64,000 bases of DNA. Source: Candidatus Dormiibacterota bacterium (GTDB taxonomy: Bacteria > Chloroflexota > Dormibacteria > Aeolococcales > Aeolococcaceae). Position 1 is the first letter of the stretch. Each line of letters opens with the position of its first letter. The translations under genes and the position numbers were made by a program. Positions 9,493 through 21,472 of the stretch are shown piece by piece. The stretch covers positions 1,184,001 to 1,248,000 of the forward strand of contig OY970355.1 in assembly GCA_963718525.1 (NCBI GenBank), given 5' to 3'. A model generated the notes under the pieces. It was not told the DNA's origin, did no database searches, and was given only the letters and a program-made list of their open reading frames with translations.

Positions 9493-10704
9493 GTGCGCCC
9501 GGAGCGCGCCGTGAACGCGCGCGTGCCGCTGATCGCCTGTGTGGCGGTGCTCGCGTTCTTTGCCGGGATCACCGGCGTCCGTCTTGCGTACACGTTGGCG
9601 TATGTGCTCGTTCTGCTCCTCGCCGTCGCCTATATCTGGTCGCGGCTGCTGGCGCGCAAGCTCCGCGTCATCCGGGAGTCGCCGCAGGGATCGTTCATGA
9701 TGGGCGAGCCGTTCGAGGAGACCTTCACCGTCAAGAACGAGAGCGGCCTGCGGCTTCCCTACTGCGAGGTGCGTGACGGCACCAAGCTTCCCGGCTACGC
9801 GCCGGGAAGGGCGTTCGCGCTCGCTGCCGGGGGCAGCGTCACCTGGACTGCGCGGGGAATGTTCAACCTACGCGGCGTTCACCGTTTCGGCCCGCTCGAA
9901 GCGCGGCTTGGCGATCCCTTTGGTTTGTTCCCGCGGCGCATTCGCGTGGCTCCGGAGAATGAGGTCATCGTCTATCCGGCGATTCACGCGCTGCTGCACA
10001 ACGTGCCGCAGTGGAGCGGCAACGGTGTCGCCGAGGCGCATCGAGGCCAGCCGGTGGACGTGCCGCCGGACGTGTCCACCATCCGCGATTACGCTCCCAC
10101 CGACGGCCTGAGCAGGATCCACTGGGCGTCGACGGCGCGGACCGGCCGGTTGATCAGCCGCACATTCGACACGGGGCAGAGCGCCGACCTGCTCATCGTC
10201 CTCGACCTGCAGCGCGGGATTCATGCGGGTTCGGGCATCGAGTCGTCCGTCGAGTACGCGATCTCCGCGTGTGCCTCGGTGGTGCACGGTGCGATCCGGC
10301 GTGGCCAGGCGGTCGGGCTCGTCACCAACTCACGCGGTGGCACCAGCTTTGGAGCCGGCCGTGGTGAGGTACAGCGGCTGCGCCTCCTCGACTTTCTCGC
10401 ACTCGCGACCGACGACGGTGTCCGCGGCCTCGATGAAACCATCAAACGGCATGGCGATGGCTGGCGCGGGCGGGGCGGCATGGTCGTGATCACACCCAAC
10501 CGTTCGAGCGACTGGGTCGAAGCGCTGGTAGACAGCGCGACCCGCGGCCAGCGCCACCTCTGCATCTTCATCGAGCCGACGTCGTTCGGGGCAAAGGGAC
10601 AGGCGTTGCGCATCCCCGCTGCCTGGCGCCTCGCCCTCGACTGGTGGGTGATCCGTCGCGGTGACGTGCTCGGATCGGGCGAGCGCACCTCGGCCACCGG
10701 CTGA
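9493..10704 (+). CDS. DUF58 domain-containing protein
   Basis: N-terminal TM pair, DPFGLF and IRDYAPTDGLSRIHWASTAR. Canonical position after moxR. Start may be GTG 9511. Confidence 0.88.
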   Translation: MRPERAVNARVPLIACVAVLAFFAGITGVRLAYTLAYVLVLLLAVAYIWSRLLARKLRVIRESPQGSFMMGEPFEETFTVKNESGLRLPYCEVRDGTKLPGYAPGRAFALAAGGSVTWTARGMFNLRGVHRFGPLEARLGDPFGLFPRRIRVAPENEVIVYPAIHALLHNVPQWSGNGVAEAHRGQPVDVPPDVSTIRDYAPTDGLSRIHWASTARTGRLISRTFDTGQSADLLIVLDLQRGIHAGSGIESSVEYAISACASVVHGAIRRGQAVGLVTNSRGGTSFGAGRGEVQRLRLLDFLALATDDGVRGLDETIKRHGDGWRGRGGMVVITPNRSSDWVEALVDSATRGQRHLCIFIEPTSFGAKGQALRIPAAWRLALDWWVIRRGDVLGSGERTSATG

Positions 10705-10708
10705 CCGC

Positions 10709-13021
10709 ATGGACGCCTACGTCGACCGCACCATCCAACTTCGCGAGAGCGCACGCGAACGAGCCCCCGGCAGGAATTACAGCTTCGAGATTGCGGCAGT
10801 CCTCTGCGTCGCATTGATCGCCGCGACTGCGTGGGCGGTGCTCGCCGCGAACTGGGTCCATGGTGGGGGCGGCTCGATCGTGGTTGCGGTCACAGCGGTG
10901 ATCGAGGCGGCCCTGCTCGCGCAGGCCCGAGCCCCGCGCATCGCTGCGGCGATAGCCGCGCCGTTCCTCGGGCTCGCCGCGATCGTGCCCACGACGCTGG
11001 CGGCGATGCCCGCGGTCCCGGGCCAGACCGTCGGTGCCATCGCTGGGCACTACCTGCAGGCGCTGTTCACCGGTCTCAGCTCGACCCAGGACTGGGACTT
11101 CACCGTCGGGTTGTGCGCGATCCTCTTTCTCTGCGGCTACTGGCTCGGTTGGATGGTGCTCCGCGAGCATCGGGGCGTGCTTGCAGTCATTCCTGTGTTC
11201 TCTGTTCTTGCCACAAATGTCGTCAACGCGCAGGACCCCGACCCGATTGCGCTGCCAGAGACAATCGCCGTCGTGCTCGCGCTCGGCGTGGTCGCGGCGG
11301 CTTACCTGGGATCGCTCGGCGACCGCTGGGCTGCTTCGCGAATCACCGCGCTCGACGGTCTCGGCTGGCGATTCGGCACCAGCGCAGCAGGCGTGGCGGT
11401 GGTGCTGACGATCGTTGCGCTCGTTCTCCCACCCGTGTCGACCACGGACATCTCCACAAAGCTGTTCCCCAAGGGTGTCGGCTTCGGCTCGAGCGGCAAG
11501 GGCGCCGGTCGCACAATCGTCGGAGGCGCTGACACCATCGGCTTCAATCCTTCGGTGACCCTGGGTGGGGCGCTGGTCAGCCACCCACAGCTCGCAATGA
11601 CGTACGTGGTCAACACCAACGCGGCCGTCTACATCAGGGTCGCGGACGACACCCTGTTCGATAGAGGAACCTGGAATCCGGAGAGCGGAGAGAACACGGA
11701 CGCGGGTTCCACCTGGAACGCGATCCAGTATCCACAGGGGCTGCTGCCCCGAGATCTCAATCCTGCCGACGGCGGCATCGGCAGCAACGAGGCGACGGTC
11801 GCGGCAACGCTCACCCTGCAGCCGAACGCGACCGGGCAGCTGCCACTCGCACCCTTCACCGGGGAGCCGGCCTCGAGCAATCTCCCCGGCATCGCATACG
11901 GCACCACCACCGCAGCCGGCACGAGCAGTCTGCTCACCGTCGACCAGGTGGTGCTCGACCAGGACATCGTTGCCGGCACCACGATCCAGACGAACGCATA
12001 CATCTCGACCGCAACCGAGGCGCAACTCCGCGCAGCGGGCATCAACTACCCGAGCTGGACCCGCCAGTTCACGGCGATGAACGACGACGCCAGCAAGGGT
12101 GTCGAGACGATTCGCACGCTTGCCCAGCAATGGACGGTCGGCGCGAGCGATCCCTACGACAAAGCGCTGGCGATCGAGCAGCAGCTGCGCAACCCCGCGC
12201 TCTTCCAGTACACGCTGAATCCGCCGCAGGATCCCAACCTCAGCGTCTGGCCGGTCGTTTACTTCCTGACCACGAGCCACAAGGGCTATTGCCAGTACTT
12301 CGCCTCAGCGATGGGGTCGATGCTCCGCAGTCTCGGGATCCCCACGAAACTCGTGAGCGGCTACGGCCCCGGGACGGCACGCGCGCAGAGCGGGCGTGCC
12401 GGCGAGCGTCAGGAAGAGGTGACCACGAGCGACGCACACAGCTGGGTCGAGGCCTACTTCCCGGGCTACGGCTGGATCCCCTTCGAGCCGACACCTCCCT
12501 CGTCTCTGGGTGACTATCAGCCGTTCCCGCGCGGCACCCAGGCGGCCACCAGCAGCACCCCGCCGCCGGTGCCGACCGCGAAGCCGGTGCCGACCGTCAA
12601 GCCCGGCAACGCTGTTGGCAGCAACCCGCAGGTGACGCCGACGGCCAAGACCCCAGGCACGGTGCCCATGACGGTGGTGATCTCACTTGCGGTGCTCGGT
12701 GGCGTTGTCGTGCTGATCGCCGCAGCACTCCTCTGGATGCTGCTCCCGCGCTCGCTGGCGGGGGCATGGCGACGGGTCGAGACGCTCGGCCTCATCGCGG
12801 GGGTGGACCGCCGAAAAGCCGAGACGCACCGGGCATTTGCGGCGCGGCTCGCCCGGGCTCGACCGCAGGCCGGGTCCGCGCTGGGCGAGCTCGCCACCGT
12901 CACCGCGCGGGCTGAGTTCAGCGAGGCCGGCGCCTCGGGACCGGAGCGGTCGCAGGCGCTGCGGACCTGGCGCAGGGCGCTGCTTCAGGCTACGTTGCGG
13001 CCGAGGCGATCTCCAGGCTGA
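10709..13021 (+). CDS. Membrane-bound transglutaminase-like protein (TgpA-type)
   Basis: About 7 N-terminal TM helices, catalytic motifs GYCQYFA, AHSWVEAYF and WIPFEPT, a Pro/Thr linker, then a C-terminal TM and cytoplasmic tail. Confidence 0.9.
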   Translation: MDAYVDRTIQLRESARERAPGRNYSFEIAAVLCVALIAATAWAVLAANWVHGGGGSIVVAVTAVIEAALLAQARAPRIAAAIAAPFLGLAAIVPTTLAAMPAVPGQTVGAIAGHYLQALFTGLSSTQDWDFTVGLCAILFLCGYWLGWMVLREHRGVLAVIPVFSVLATNVVNAQDPDPIALPETIAVVLALGVVAAAYLGSLGDRWAASRITALDGLGWRFGTSAAGVAVVLTIVALVLPPVSTTDISTKLFPKGVGFGSSGKGAGRTIVGGADTIGFNPSVTLGGALVSHPQLAMTYVVNTNAAVYIRVADDTLFDRGTWNPESGENTDAGSTWNAIQYPQGLLPRDLNPADGGIGSNEATVAATLTLQPNATGQLPLAPFTGEPASSNLPGIAYGTTTAAGTSSLLTVDQVVLDQDIVAGTTIQTNAYISTATEAQLRAAGINYPSWTRQFTAMNDDASKGVETIRTLAQQWTVGASDPYDKALAIEQQLRNPALFQYTLNPPQDPNLSVWPVVYFLTTSHKGYCQYFASAMGSMLRSLGIPTKLVSGYGPGTARAQSGRAGERQEEVTTSDAHSWVEAYFPGYGWIPFEPTPPSSLGDYQPFPRGTQAATSSTPPPVPTAKPVPTVKPGNAVGSNPQVTPTAKTPGTVPMTVVISLAVLGGVVVLIAAALLWMLLPRSLAGAWRRVETLGLIAGVDRRKAETHRAFAARLARARPQAGSALGELATVTARAEFSEAGASGPERSQALRTWRRALLQATLRPRRSPG

Positions 13022-13724
13022 GCATGTCGTGAGCGATGAGCGCGCCCTCGAGGTGGCGACGTTCGCTCAGGTGGCTGAGGAGAAAGCGCGTGTCCGGGTT
13101 CTCGGCCATCAGGCTCGCGACCTCGTCACGCCAGAGGTGACCACCCGCGGCCGGGCCGTCCCATCCCGTGCACTCGCAGACGTAGAGGTCGCATCCTGCG
13201 ATCGATCGACGGAGCCCGGCGCACAGCTCGCTGTCGCCTGAGAAGCCGACCGAGGCGCTGCCCGCGGTGATCCGGTACGCGAGCGACGGGCCGGTGCTGT
13301 GCACGACCGCATGGCTCTGCACCCGGTAACCCGCAACCTCGACGTCGCTGCCGTCCTGCAGCACCAGATATTCCGGGGCGACATTGGTGTCGACCTCGCG
13401 GCGGACGTGCGAGCCGTACCCATCGCCGAGCAGGCGCGCCACGTACTCCCTGGTCCCGACGGGTCCGCCGATGACGAGCGTGCCGGGAGGCGCCGTGTCG
13501 GCGAGGGCGCGCGCGCCGAGCAGGGTCGGCAGCGAGAAGCTGTGATCCGCGTGGAAATGCGTCAGCAGCACCAGGCTGATCGCGTGGATTGACGCCCCGG
13601 CGCGGCGAACCAGGGCTGGGACCGGCGCGCCACAGTCGACCAGTACGCGTCGATCGACGAGATACCCTGCATTGCAGCCACAGCCGCTGAAGGCGCTCCC
13701 ACTGCCGAGGACGGTGACATGCAC
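12990..13724 (-). CDS. MBL-fold metallo-hydrolase (RNase Z/BN-like)
   Basis: VTVLGSGS, LVDCG, THFHADH, FSGDS, CECT and LSH. Start placed at GTG 13724. Confidence 0.85.
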   Translation of the reverse strand: MHVTVLGSGSAFSGCGCNAGYLVDRRVLVDCGAPVPALVRRAGASIHAISLVLLTHFHADHSFSLPTLLGARALADTAPPGTLVIGGPVGTREYVARLLGDGYGSHVRREVDTNVAPEYLVLQDGSDVEVAGYRVQSHAVVHSTGPSLAYRITAGSASVGFSGDSELCAGLRRSIAGCDLYVCECTGWDGPAAGGHLWRDEVASLMAENPDTRFLLSHLSERRHLEGALIAHDMLSLEIASAAT

Positions 13725-13767
13725 AGGCGGAAGATTAGACGGCGAAGCGCATGGGTAGAAAATCACC

Positions 13768-16407
<2,640 letters not shown>

Positions 16408-17308
16408 CGGCCGTCGCGCCCCGAGCCGGCGCGGCCCTCGCGGCGAGCACCGAGCCGCAGAGGATCAGCACGAACCCGACGGCGATGGCGCCGGTGAGCC
16501 GTTCGTGCAGCAGGAGGACACCGAGCGTCACCGCAACCGCGGGGTTCACATACGTGATCACGGTTGACCGAACCGGACCAATCTCGCGGATGAGTGCGAA
16601 GAAGAGCAGAAAGGCGAGTGCCGTGCAGACGACGCCGAGCGTGATCACCGCGGCGATCGCCTGGCCCGACGGCCACGCGTGCGGGGCCTGGATGATCGCC
16701 GCCGGCGCATAGGCGATCGCGGCGAGCAGCAGCGAGCTCGCGATCACCCCGAGCGCGGGAAGGTCACTCAGCTTCCTGCTGATGATGTACGGACCGACGG
16801 CGTAGCAGATCGCGACCACGAGCACCTCGGCGATGGCGCCGAACGTGGACGAGGACACATCGAAGCCGACGAGCACGCCCACCCCCACCAGCCCGATGCA
16901 GAGGCCCAGGATCCGGCGCCAACCGTGCCGCTCTCCGCTGCGGGTCAGCAGGCCGATGCCGACGCCGATGAGCGGCACGGTCGACACCAGGAGGCCTGAC
17001 AGCGAACTCGAGATGCGCAGCTCGGCATCGGAGAGGAGCACCCACGGGATCCCCATCTCGATGACGGTGTAGGCGGCGATCCAACCCCAACGTCCGAGGA
17101 GGGGACGGACCTTGACGCAACTCAACGCGATCGGGACGAGCAGCAGGGCGCCGAGCGCGAGCCGGATGAACACGAGGTCCACCGGCCCAAGGCCCTCGAG
17201 CGCAACCTTGATCAGCAGATAGGGGATGCCCCAGATCACGCACATGGCAATGAAGAGCGCCAGCCCGCGTCTGCTCACCGCGAGATCTTCTACGCTGTGC
17301 GGCTCCAC

Positions 17309-18031
17309 ATGCCACAACCCGTCTCGAACCGCGCCCCGAGCCCTCTGCTGCTCACGATCTCATCGCTCTTCGTGGCGACGCTCGTCGCGTCCAACATCCT
17401 CGCTGTCAAGATCGCCAGCGTCGGACCGTTCTCCGTGCCGGCGGCGATCGTGATCTTCCCGCTCGCGTATCTCTTCGGGGATGTGCTCACCGAGGTGTGG
17501 GGATACCGGGTCGCGCGCATGGTGATATGGACGGGGTTCCTCGCCAACATCATCGTGGTGCTCTTCATCGCCGCAGCGATCGCCATCCCCGCGGATCCGC
17601 ATTACACCGACCAAGCCGCGTACGCGCGCCTACTCGGCGAGAGCCCGCGCCTCGTCGCGGCGTCGCTCACCGCCTACCTGCTCGGCGAGTTTCTCAACGC
17701 CTTCGTCCTGGCTCGGTTGAAGATCGCGACCAGGGGCCGCTTCCTCTGGACACGAACCATCGGCTCAACTGTCATTGGTCAGGGAGTGGACAGCGCCGTG
17801 TTCATCTCACTGGCGTTTGCGGGAATCCAGCCATGGTCGGTGCTGCTCATCATCATTCGCGATGTCTGGGTCGTGAAGGTGCTCTACGAGGTGATCGCGA
17901 CGCCGTTCACGTACGCGCTCGTCACCACGCTCAAACGCATCGAGGGAGTGGATACCTACGACCGTGAGACGAAGTTCGCACCCATCCCGCTCGCCGCGCT
18001 GCGCGCGCGTGTGCGCGGCGCACAGCCATGA
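17309..18031 (+). CDS. yhhQ: Queuosine precursor transporter (YhhQ/COG1738, VUT family)
   Basis: SNILAVK, FPLAYLFGDVLTEVWG, ASLTAYLLGE and RTIGSTVIGQGVDS. Coupled to queF by an ATGA overlap. Confidence 0.9.
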   Translation: MPQPVSNRAPSPLLLTISSLFVATLVASNILAVKIASVGPFSVPAAIVIFPLAYLFGDVLTEVWGYRVARMVIWTGFLANIIVVLFIAAAIAIPADPHYTDQAAYARLLGESPRLVAASLTAYLLGEFLNAFVLARLKIATRGRFLWTRTIGSTVIGQGVDSAVFISLAFAGIQPWSVLLIIIRDVWVVKVLYEVIATPFTYALVTTLKRIEGVDTYDRETKFAPIPLAALRARVRGAQP

Positions 18032-18480
18032 GCGAGGAGCTGTATGGGGCGCGCGCGATCCGAGAGGCGAAACTCGAGGCATTCGACAACCGCACCCCGG
18101 ATCGCGACTACACCGTCCAGTTCACCGTTCCGGAGTTCACGTGTCTCTGCCCCATTTCAGGGTTCCCCGACTTCGCAACCCTGCACATCCGCTACGTCCC
18201 GGGTCCCCGCTGCGTGGAACTGAAATCGCTGAAGCTGTACATCAACGGCTACCGCAACCAGCACGTCTACCACGAGGACGTCGTCAACATCGTCCTGAAT
18301 GACCTCGTCGGCCTGCTCCACCCCCGCTACTGCGAAGTCGTCGGAGACTTCAACGTCCGCGGCAACATCAAAACCATCGTTCGAGCCAGCCACCGCGAGG
18401 AATCGTGGAACGGCAATGTCAACTCGTGGTGGCCGCCGTCGGCGATGCCGACTCTCACCGAACCGAGCGACCGGCCGTAG
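18028..18480 (+). CDS. queF: NADPH-dependent preQ0 reductase (short type I QueF)
   Basis: PEFTCLCPISGFPDFA (catalytic Cys/Asp), VELKSLKLY, HEDVVN and FNVRGNI. Confidence 0.95.
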   Translation: MSEELYGARAIREAKLEAFDNRTPDRDYTVQFTVPEFTCLCPISGFPDFATLHIRYVPGPRCVELKSLKLYINGYRNQHVYHEDVVNIVLNDLVGLLHPRYCEVVGDFNVRGNIKTIVRASHREESWNGNVNSWWPPSAMPTLTEPSDRP

Positions 18481-18500
18481 AGCGCGCCCGGCCCCGCGCA

Positions 18501-18601
18501 GCAGAGGTGGCGGTGACACGCCGGCTCGCGGCGAATCTCGCAGCAAGCGACAGCGATGCGAACGCTGAGCAAGCGAGCCGGTGTGTCGCCACCACCTCTG
18601 C
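18501..18601. repeat. 29-bp imperfect inverted repeat enclosing two short hairpins
   Basis: 18501-18529 GCAGAGGTGGCGGTGACACGCCGGCTCGC is the reverse complement of 18573-18601 at 26 of 29 positions. Confidence 0.9.
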
Positions 18602-18793
18602 CGACCCGCGAAGCCCAGCTTAGCGACGTTGCCGGTCGCTAGATTCGGGCTGAGGTAGGCACACGACGGCCGTCGCCACATATGTCGCCTGCAGTACCCC
18701 GTTCCCAAGAAATCCGGGGCATACTGCACGCCAGGTCACGGCGATGCGCCGATACAGCAGTCGTTCTTCTCCACATCTCAGCACCCGAACTTA

Positions 18794-19531
18794 ATGGCCA
18801 CACACACATTTCCCGCAGGCTGGTCGCTTCTCGCCACGCGTCCGCGCGAGGAGCTCCACCAGGCGCTGCTGACCAGCACCTCTGAGCGCTCGTTCAGTGA
18901 CGTCCCGGTCGATTGGTGGGATCGAGCTGTGGAGGTCTGGCGTCCAACGTCGATCGTTCGCCTCCTCGGTGGCGTCTGGGACGTCCGCCGAGACGTCGAG
19001 GTTCTGGTTCCCGACGGTGGCGGGACCTCGCAGGCCCGCGCGAGCATCGCCGACGTTCGTCTCTCCCGCCTTCTGACCGCGGGCATCTCTCGATACTGGG
19101 TGGCCAGATATCAGCGGGATCTCGTCCTGCAGCTTGCGGAGCGGGCCGGGGCCTTGGGCGGTGATCCGGACCCACTGAGACGTCTCTCGGCGCGCATCCG
19201 CCCTCAGGAGGCCCTCGGCTTTGACGTCTGGGCAACGGCGTACCTCACCGGAGCGCCGGATGGCATCGAGTACGCCCCGGAGATGGTCCCGATGCCCGAT
19301 GACAACGGCTGGGAGCCCGCAGCCAATGGCGACCCGCCGGCGATCATTCACGCCGCGGTTCGAGTCCTGGCTGCTGACCTGCTCCGGCTGGACTCGGCAC
19401 TGGACGAGGCAGGCGCCTCGGCCGGCGAACGTGCCGGGCACCCGCTGGTCAACGCGATCACGTCACTCCTGCTGAGGGCCCCGGCGACGCCGATGGTCAG
19501 CCCAGCGGGATCCAACTCTCGCCTGGCCTGA
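18794..19531 (+). CDS. Hypothetical protein (245 aa)
   Basis: ATG start, Trp-rich globular composition, no recognised motif. Overlaps the convergent gene by 35 bp. Confidence 0.65.
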   Translation: MATHTFPAGWSLLATRPREELHQALLTSTSERSFSDVPVDWWDRAVEVWRPTSIVRLLGGVWDVRRDVEVLVPDGGGTSQARASIADVRLSRLLTAGISRYWVARYQRDLVLQLAERAGALGGDPDPLRRLSARIRPQEALGFDVWATAYLTGAPDGIEYAPEMVPMPDDNGWEPAANGDPPAIIHAAVRVLAADLLRLDSALDEAGASAGERAGHPLVNAITSLLLRAPATPMVSPAGSNSRLA

Positions 19532-20807
19532 GCAGCACTCGCACCGCTGCGTCGTCGCGGGATTCCGCGCCGATCCGGAGCCAGAGCCGGTCACCGTCGA
19601 CCTCGAATCCGTCAGCACACGGCGCCAGGACGGCGACCGCCTGGGGGTCGATGGCGCCGACACCGTCGAACTCGGGGATGTGCTTGGCGATTCCGAACGC
19701 CGTCTGAAGTTCGGCCATCCGTCGGGTCCAGGCGGCGATCGGTACTCGGGGCATGGGTTCGCCGAGCAGAGTCGCGAGCAGCAGCGCCAGGCCGCCGATC
19801 GTGGAGCGCGCAGGTTCATCGATGTGCTCCGAGAGTGCGCGCTCGTGGAGCAGGCCGGCGACAACCTCGCGCGCCCGGACCGCCGCGTCGTCCGGCGGCA
19901 CGGACACCCACAGTCCGCGCCGCCCGGCGCGTGCGGTGAGGCCGGCGTCGACGACGATGCTCCCCGGTGACGCTTCGGCCGCCACCTGGAGCTTCGCGAG
20001 CTGCAACTCGGCGGCGATCACGCTTCCCGGGGCGAGCCGGGTCTCCTCGTCCCAGGAGCGCGTTGCTCGGGACACGCGACCCTCGCGGATTGCCCCAAGT
20101 GGGAGCGCCAGGCGCCGGATACCCAGCTCCAGGGTCGCGGCGCGACTGCCGTCACCGATTGGCCTGGGCGGATAGACGGTGCCGCCGATGGCGTCTGCCG
20201 CAACGCGCGCGAAACCGAGACCCCAGCGGTCGCGGCCGGCTCGGCGACGCGCCGTCGCAATTCGAGGCGCCGGACCGGCGTGCCGCCAGACAACCCGAAA
20301 CGTCGTGCGATCGACCTCGAGGCGGACCGCAGTCGCCGCGTCGTGACGCTCGGCATTGACCGCGAGCTGCACCAGCACCAGCGCTGCCACCTCGGGGCCG
20401 AGCACCGGCCGGGCCGTTCCGGCGATCGCATCGACAGTCAGCGCAGTCCGCGCGGTGATGCCCGCACGGGCAAGGTCGAGGACGTCTTCCGTTGTTCCCC
20501 AGCCGCCCGGCTCCCGGCCGGCCACCAAACGCAGTGACCCTCCGAGCATTCGGACGCGCTGTGCCTGGGTGCCGCGCAACCCCGCTGCCGCCGCGTCGAT
20601 GGCATCGAGCAGTCTGCTCAGAAGGGCATCGCAGTGCGCAGACGCGGGCTGAGTGCGAACCACAAGACGCATGCTTCGTACGGGGTAGGAGACCGCGCCG
20701 GGGCCGTATCCATCCCACTCAGGAGTTCTGGCGACCACCGTTCCAGAAGCGTCGACGAGGGCAGCGGCAAGCGGGAGCTCGGCGATCTCGGCCAGGCTGA
20801 GATTCAC
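19497..20807 (-). CDS. Degenerate histidine-kinase-like protein (PAS-like start, HATPase remnants)
   Basis: N-box-like VLVQLAVNAERH and G2-box-like WGLGFARVAADAIGGTV. No DxGxG G1 box and no H-box. GTGA overlap with the response regulator. Confidence 0.6.
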   Translation of the reverse strand: MNLSLAEIAELPLAAALVDASGTVVARTPEWDGYGPGAVSYPVRSMRLVVRTQPASAHCDALLSRLLDAIDAAAAGLRGTQAQRVRMLGGSLRLVAGREPGGWGTTEDVLDLARAGITARTALTVDAIAGTARPVLGPEVAALVLVQLAVNAERHDAATAVRLEVDRTTFRVVWRHAGPAPRIATARRRAGRDRWGLGFARVAADAIGGTVYPPRPIGDGSRAATLELGIRRLALPLGAIREGRVSRATRSWDEETRLAPGSVIAAELQLAKLQVAAEASPGSIVVDAGLTARAGRRGLWVSVPPDDAAVRAREVVAGLLHERALSEHIDEPARSTIGGLALLLATLLGEPMPRVPIAAWTRRMAELQTAFGIAKHIPEFDGVGAIDPQAVAVLAPCADGFEVDGDRLWLRIGAESRDDAAVRVLLRPGESWIPLG

Positions 20808-21472
20808 GACTTGCTGGCGGGTGCAGCGTGCTCAGTCGTGGTCACGCTGAGCCGGTACTTGCGATTGCCGTGGCTCACGAGCCGAACTGCGGAGCCGCGG
20901 GTCTGCAGCCATTCGCCGAAGCGGCGAACCGCCTTGGTGGCGGTGTCCGAATGAAAGGTGACGATGTCCGGGTGGTGCACCACCAGGCGGATTGCCTCGC
21001 GGTGGTGGTGTTGTGCCAGCGTCGGAAGATGCACGACAACCGTCCCGTCGTGGATTCGCAGGTCGCCGACGGTGCGGTCGAGCATCCTGTCGATGCGCTC
21101 GAGCAGTGACGCGTCGCCGTCACGCTTGTCGTGCAGCAGGGCCCGCGGGTGCGATCGCTGAATCTGGCTGCGCACGTTGAACGCGTCGATGTTCTGTGAA
21201 TACACGATGACGGGGCACTCTCGAAGCTCCCGTGCGAGCCGTGAAAGCACGTCGCCGCTGCTCGCGCTCCGGTCCGGTGCCTTCCCGAGATCCCAATCGA
21301 TGATCGCGAGCACAGGCCTGCTCGAGTATCGGTTGTGCTCGAGGAGCGAGAGCGCGCGAGACGCACTCCGCGCACCGAGCGGATGGAACCGCTTGCGGGT
21401 GAAATGACCCTGCAGCTCCTCGAGGGTTTCTGCGTCGTCCTCGAGGATCAGCACCTCCGGATTCGCTCTCAT
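20804..21472 (-). CDS. Response regulator (receiver domain plus atypical C-terminal domain)
   Basis: VLILEDD acidic pocket, AIIDWDL phospho-Asp, VIVYS and HDK conserved Lys. Confidence 0.8.
   Translation of the reverse strand: MRANPEVLILEDDAETLEELQGHFTRKRFHPLGARSASRALSLLEHNRYSSRPVLAIIDWDLGKAPDRSASSGDVLSRLARELRECPVIVYSQNIDAFNVRSQIQRSHPRALLHDKRDGDASLLERIDRMLDRTVGDLRIHDGTVVVHLPTLAQHHHREAIRLVVHHPDIVTFHSDTATKAVRRFGEWLQTRGSAVRLVSHGNRKYRLSVTTTEHAAPASKS

Noticed and set aside
18501-18601. Long inverted repeat as a retron msr/msd or an integron attC site
   Set aside because: There is no reverse transcriptase or integron integrase in the window and no RYYYAAC/GTTRRRY ends. It is kept only as a generic structured element.
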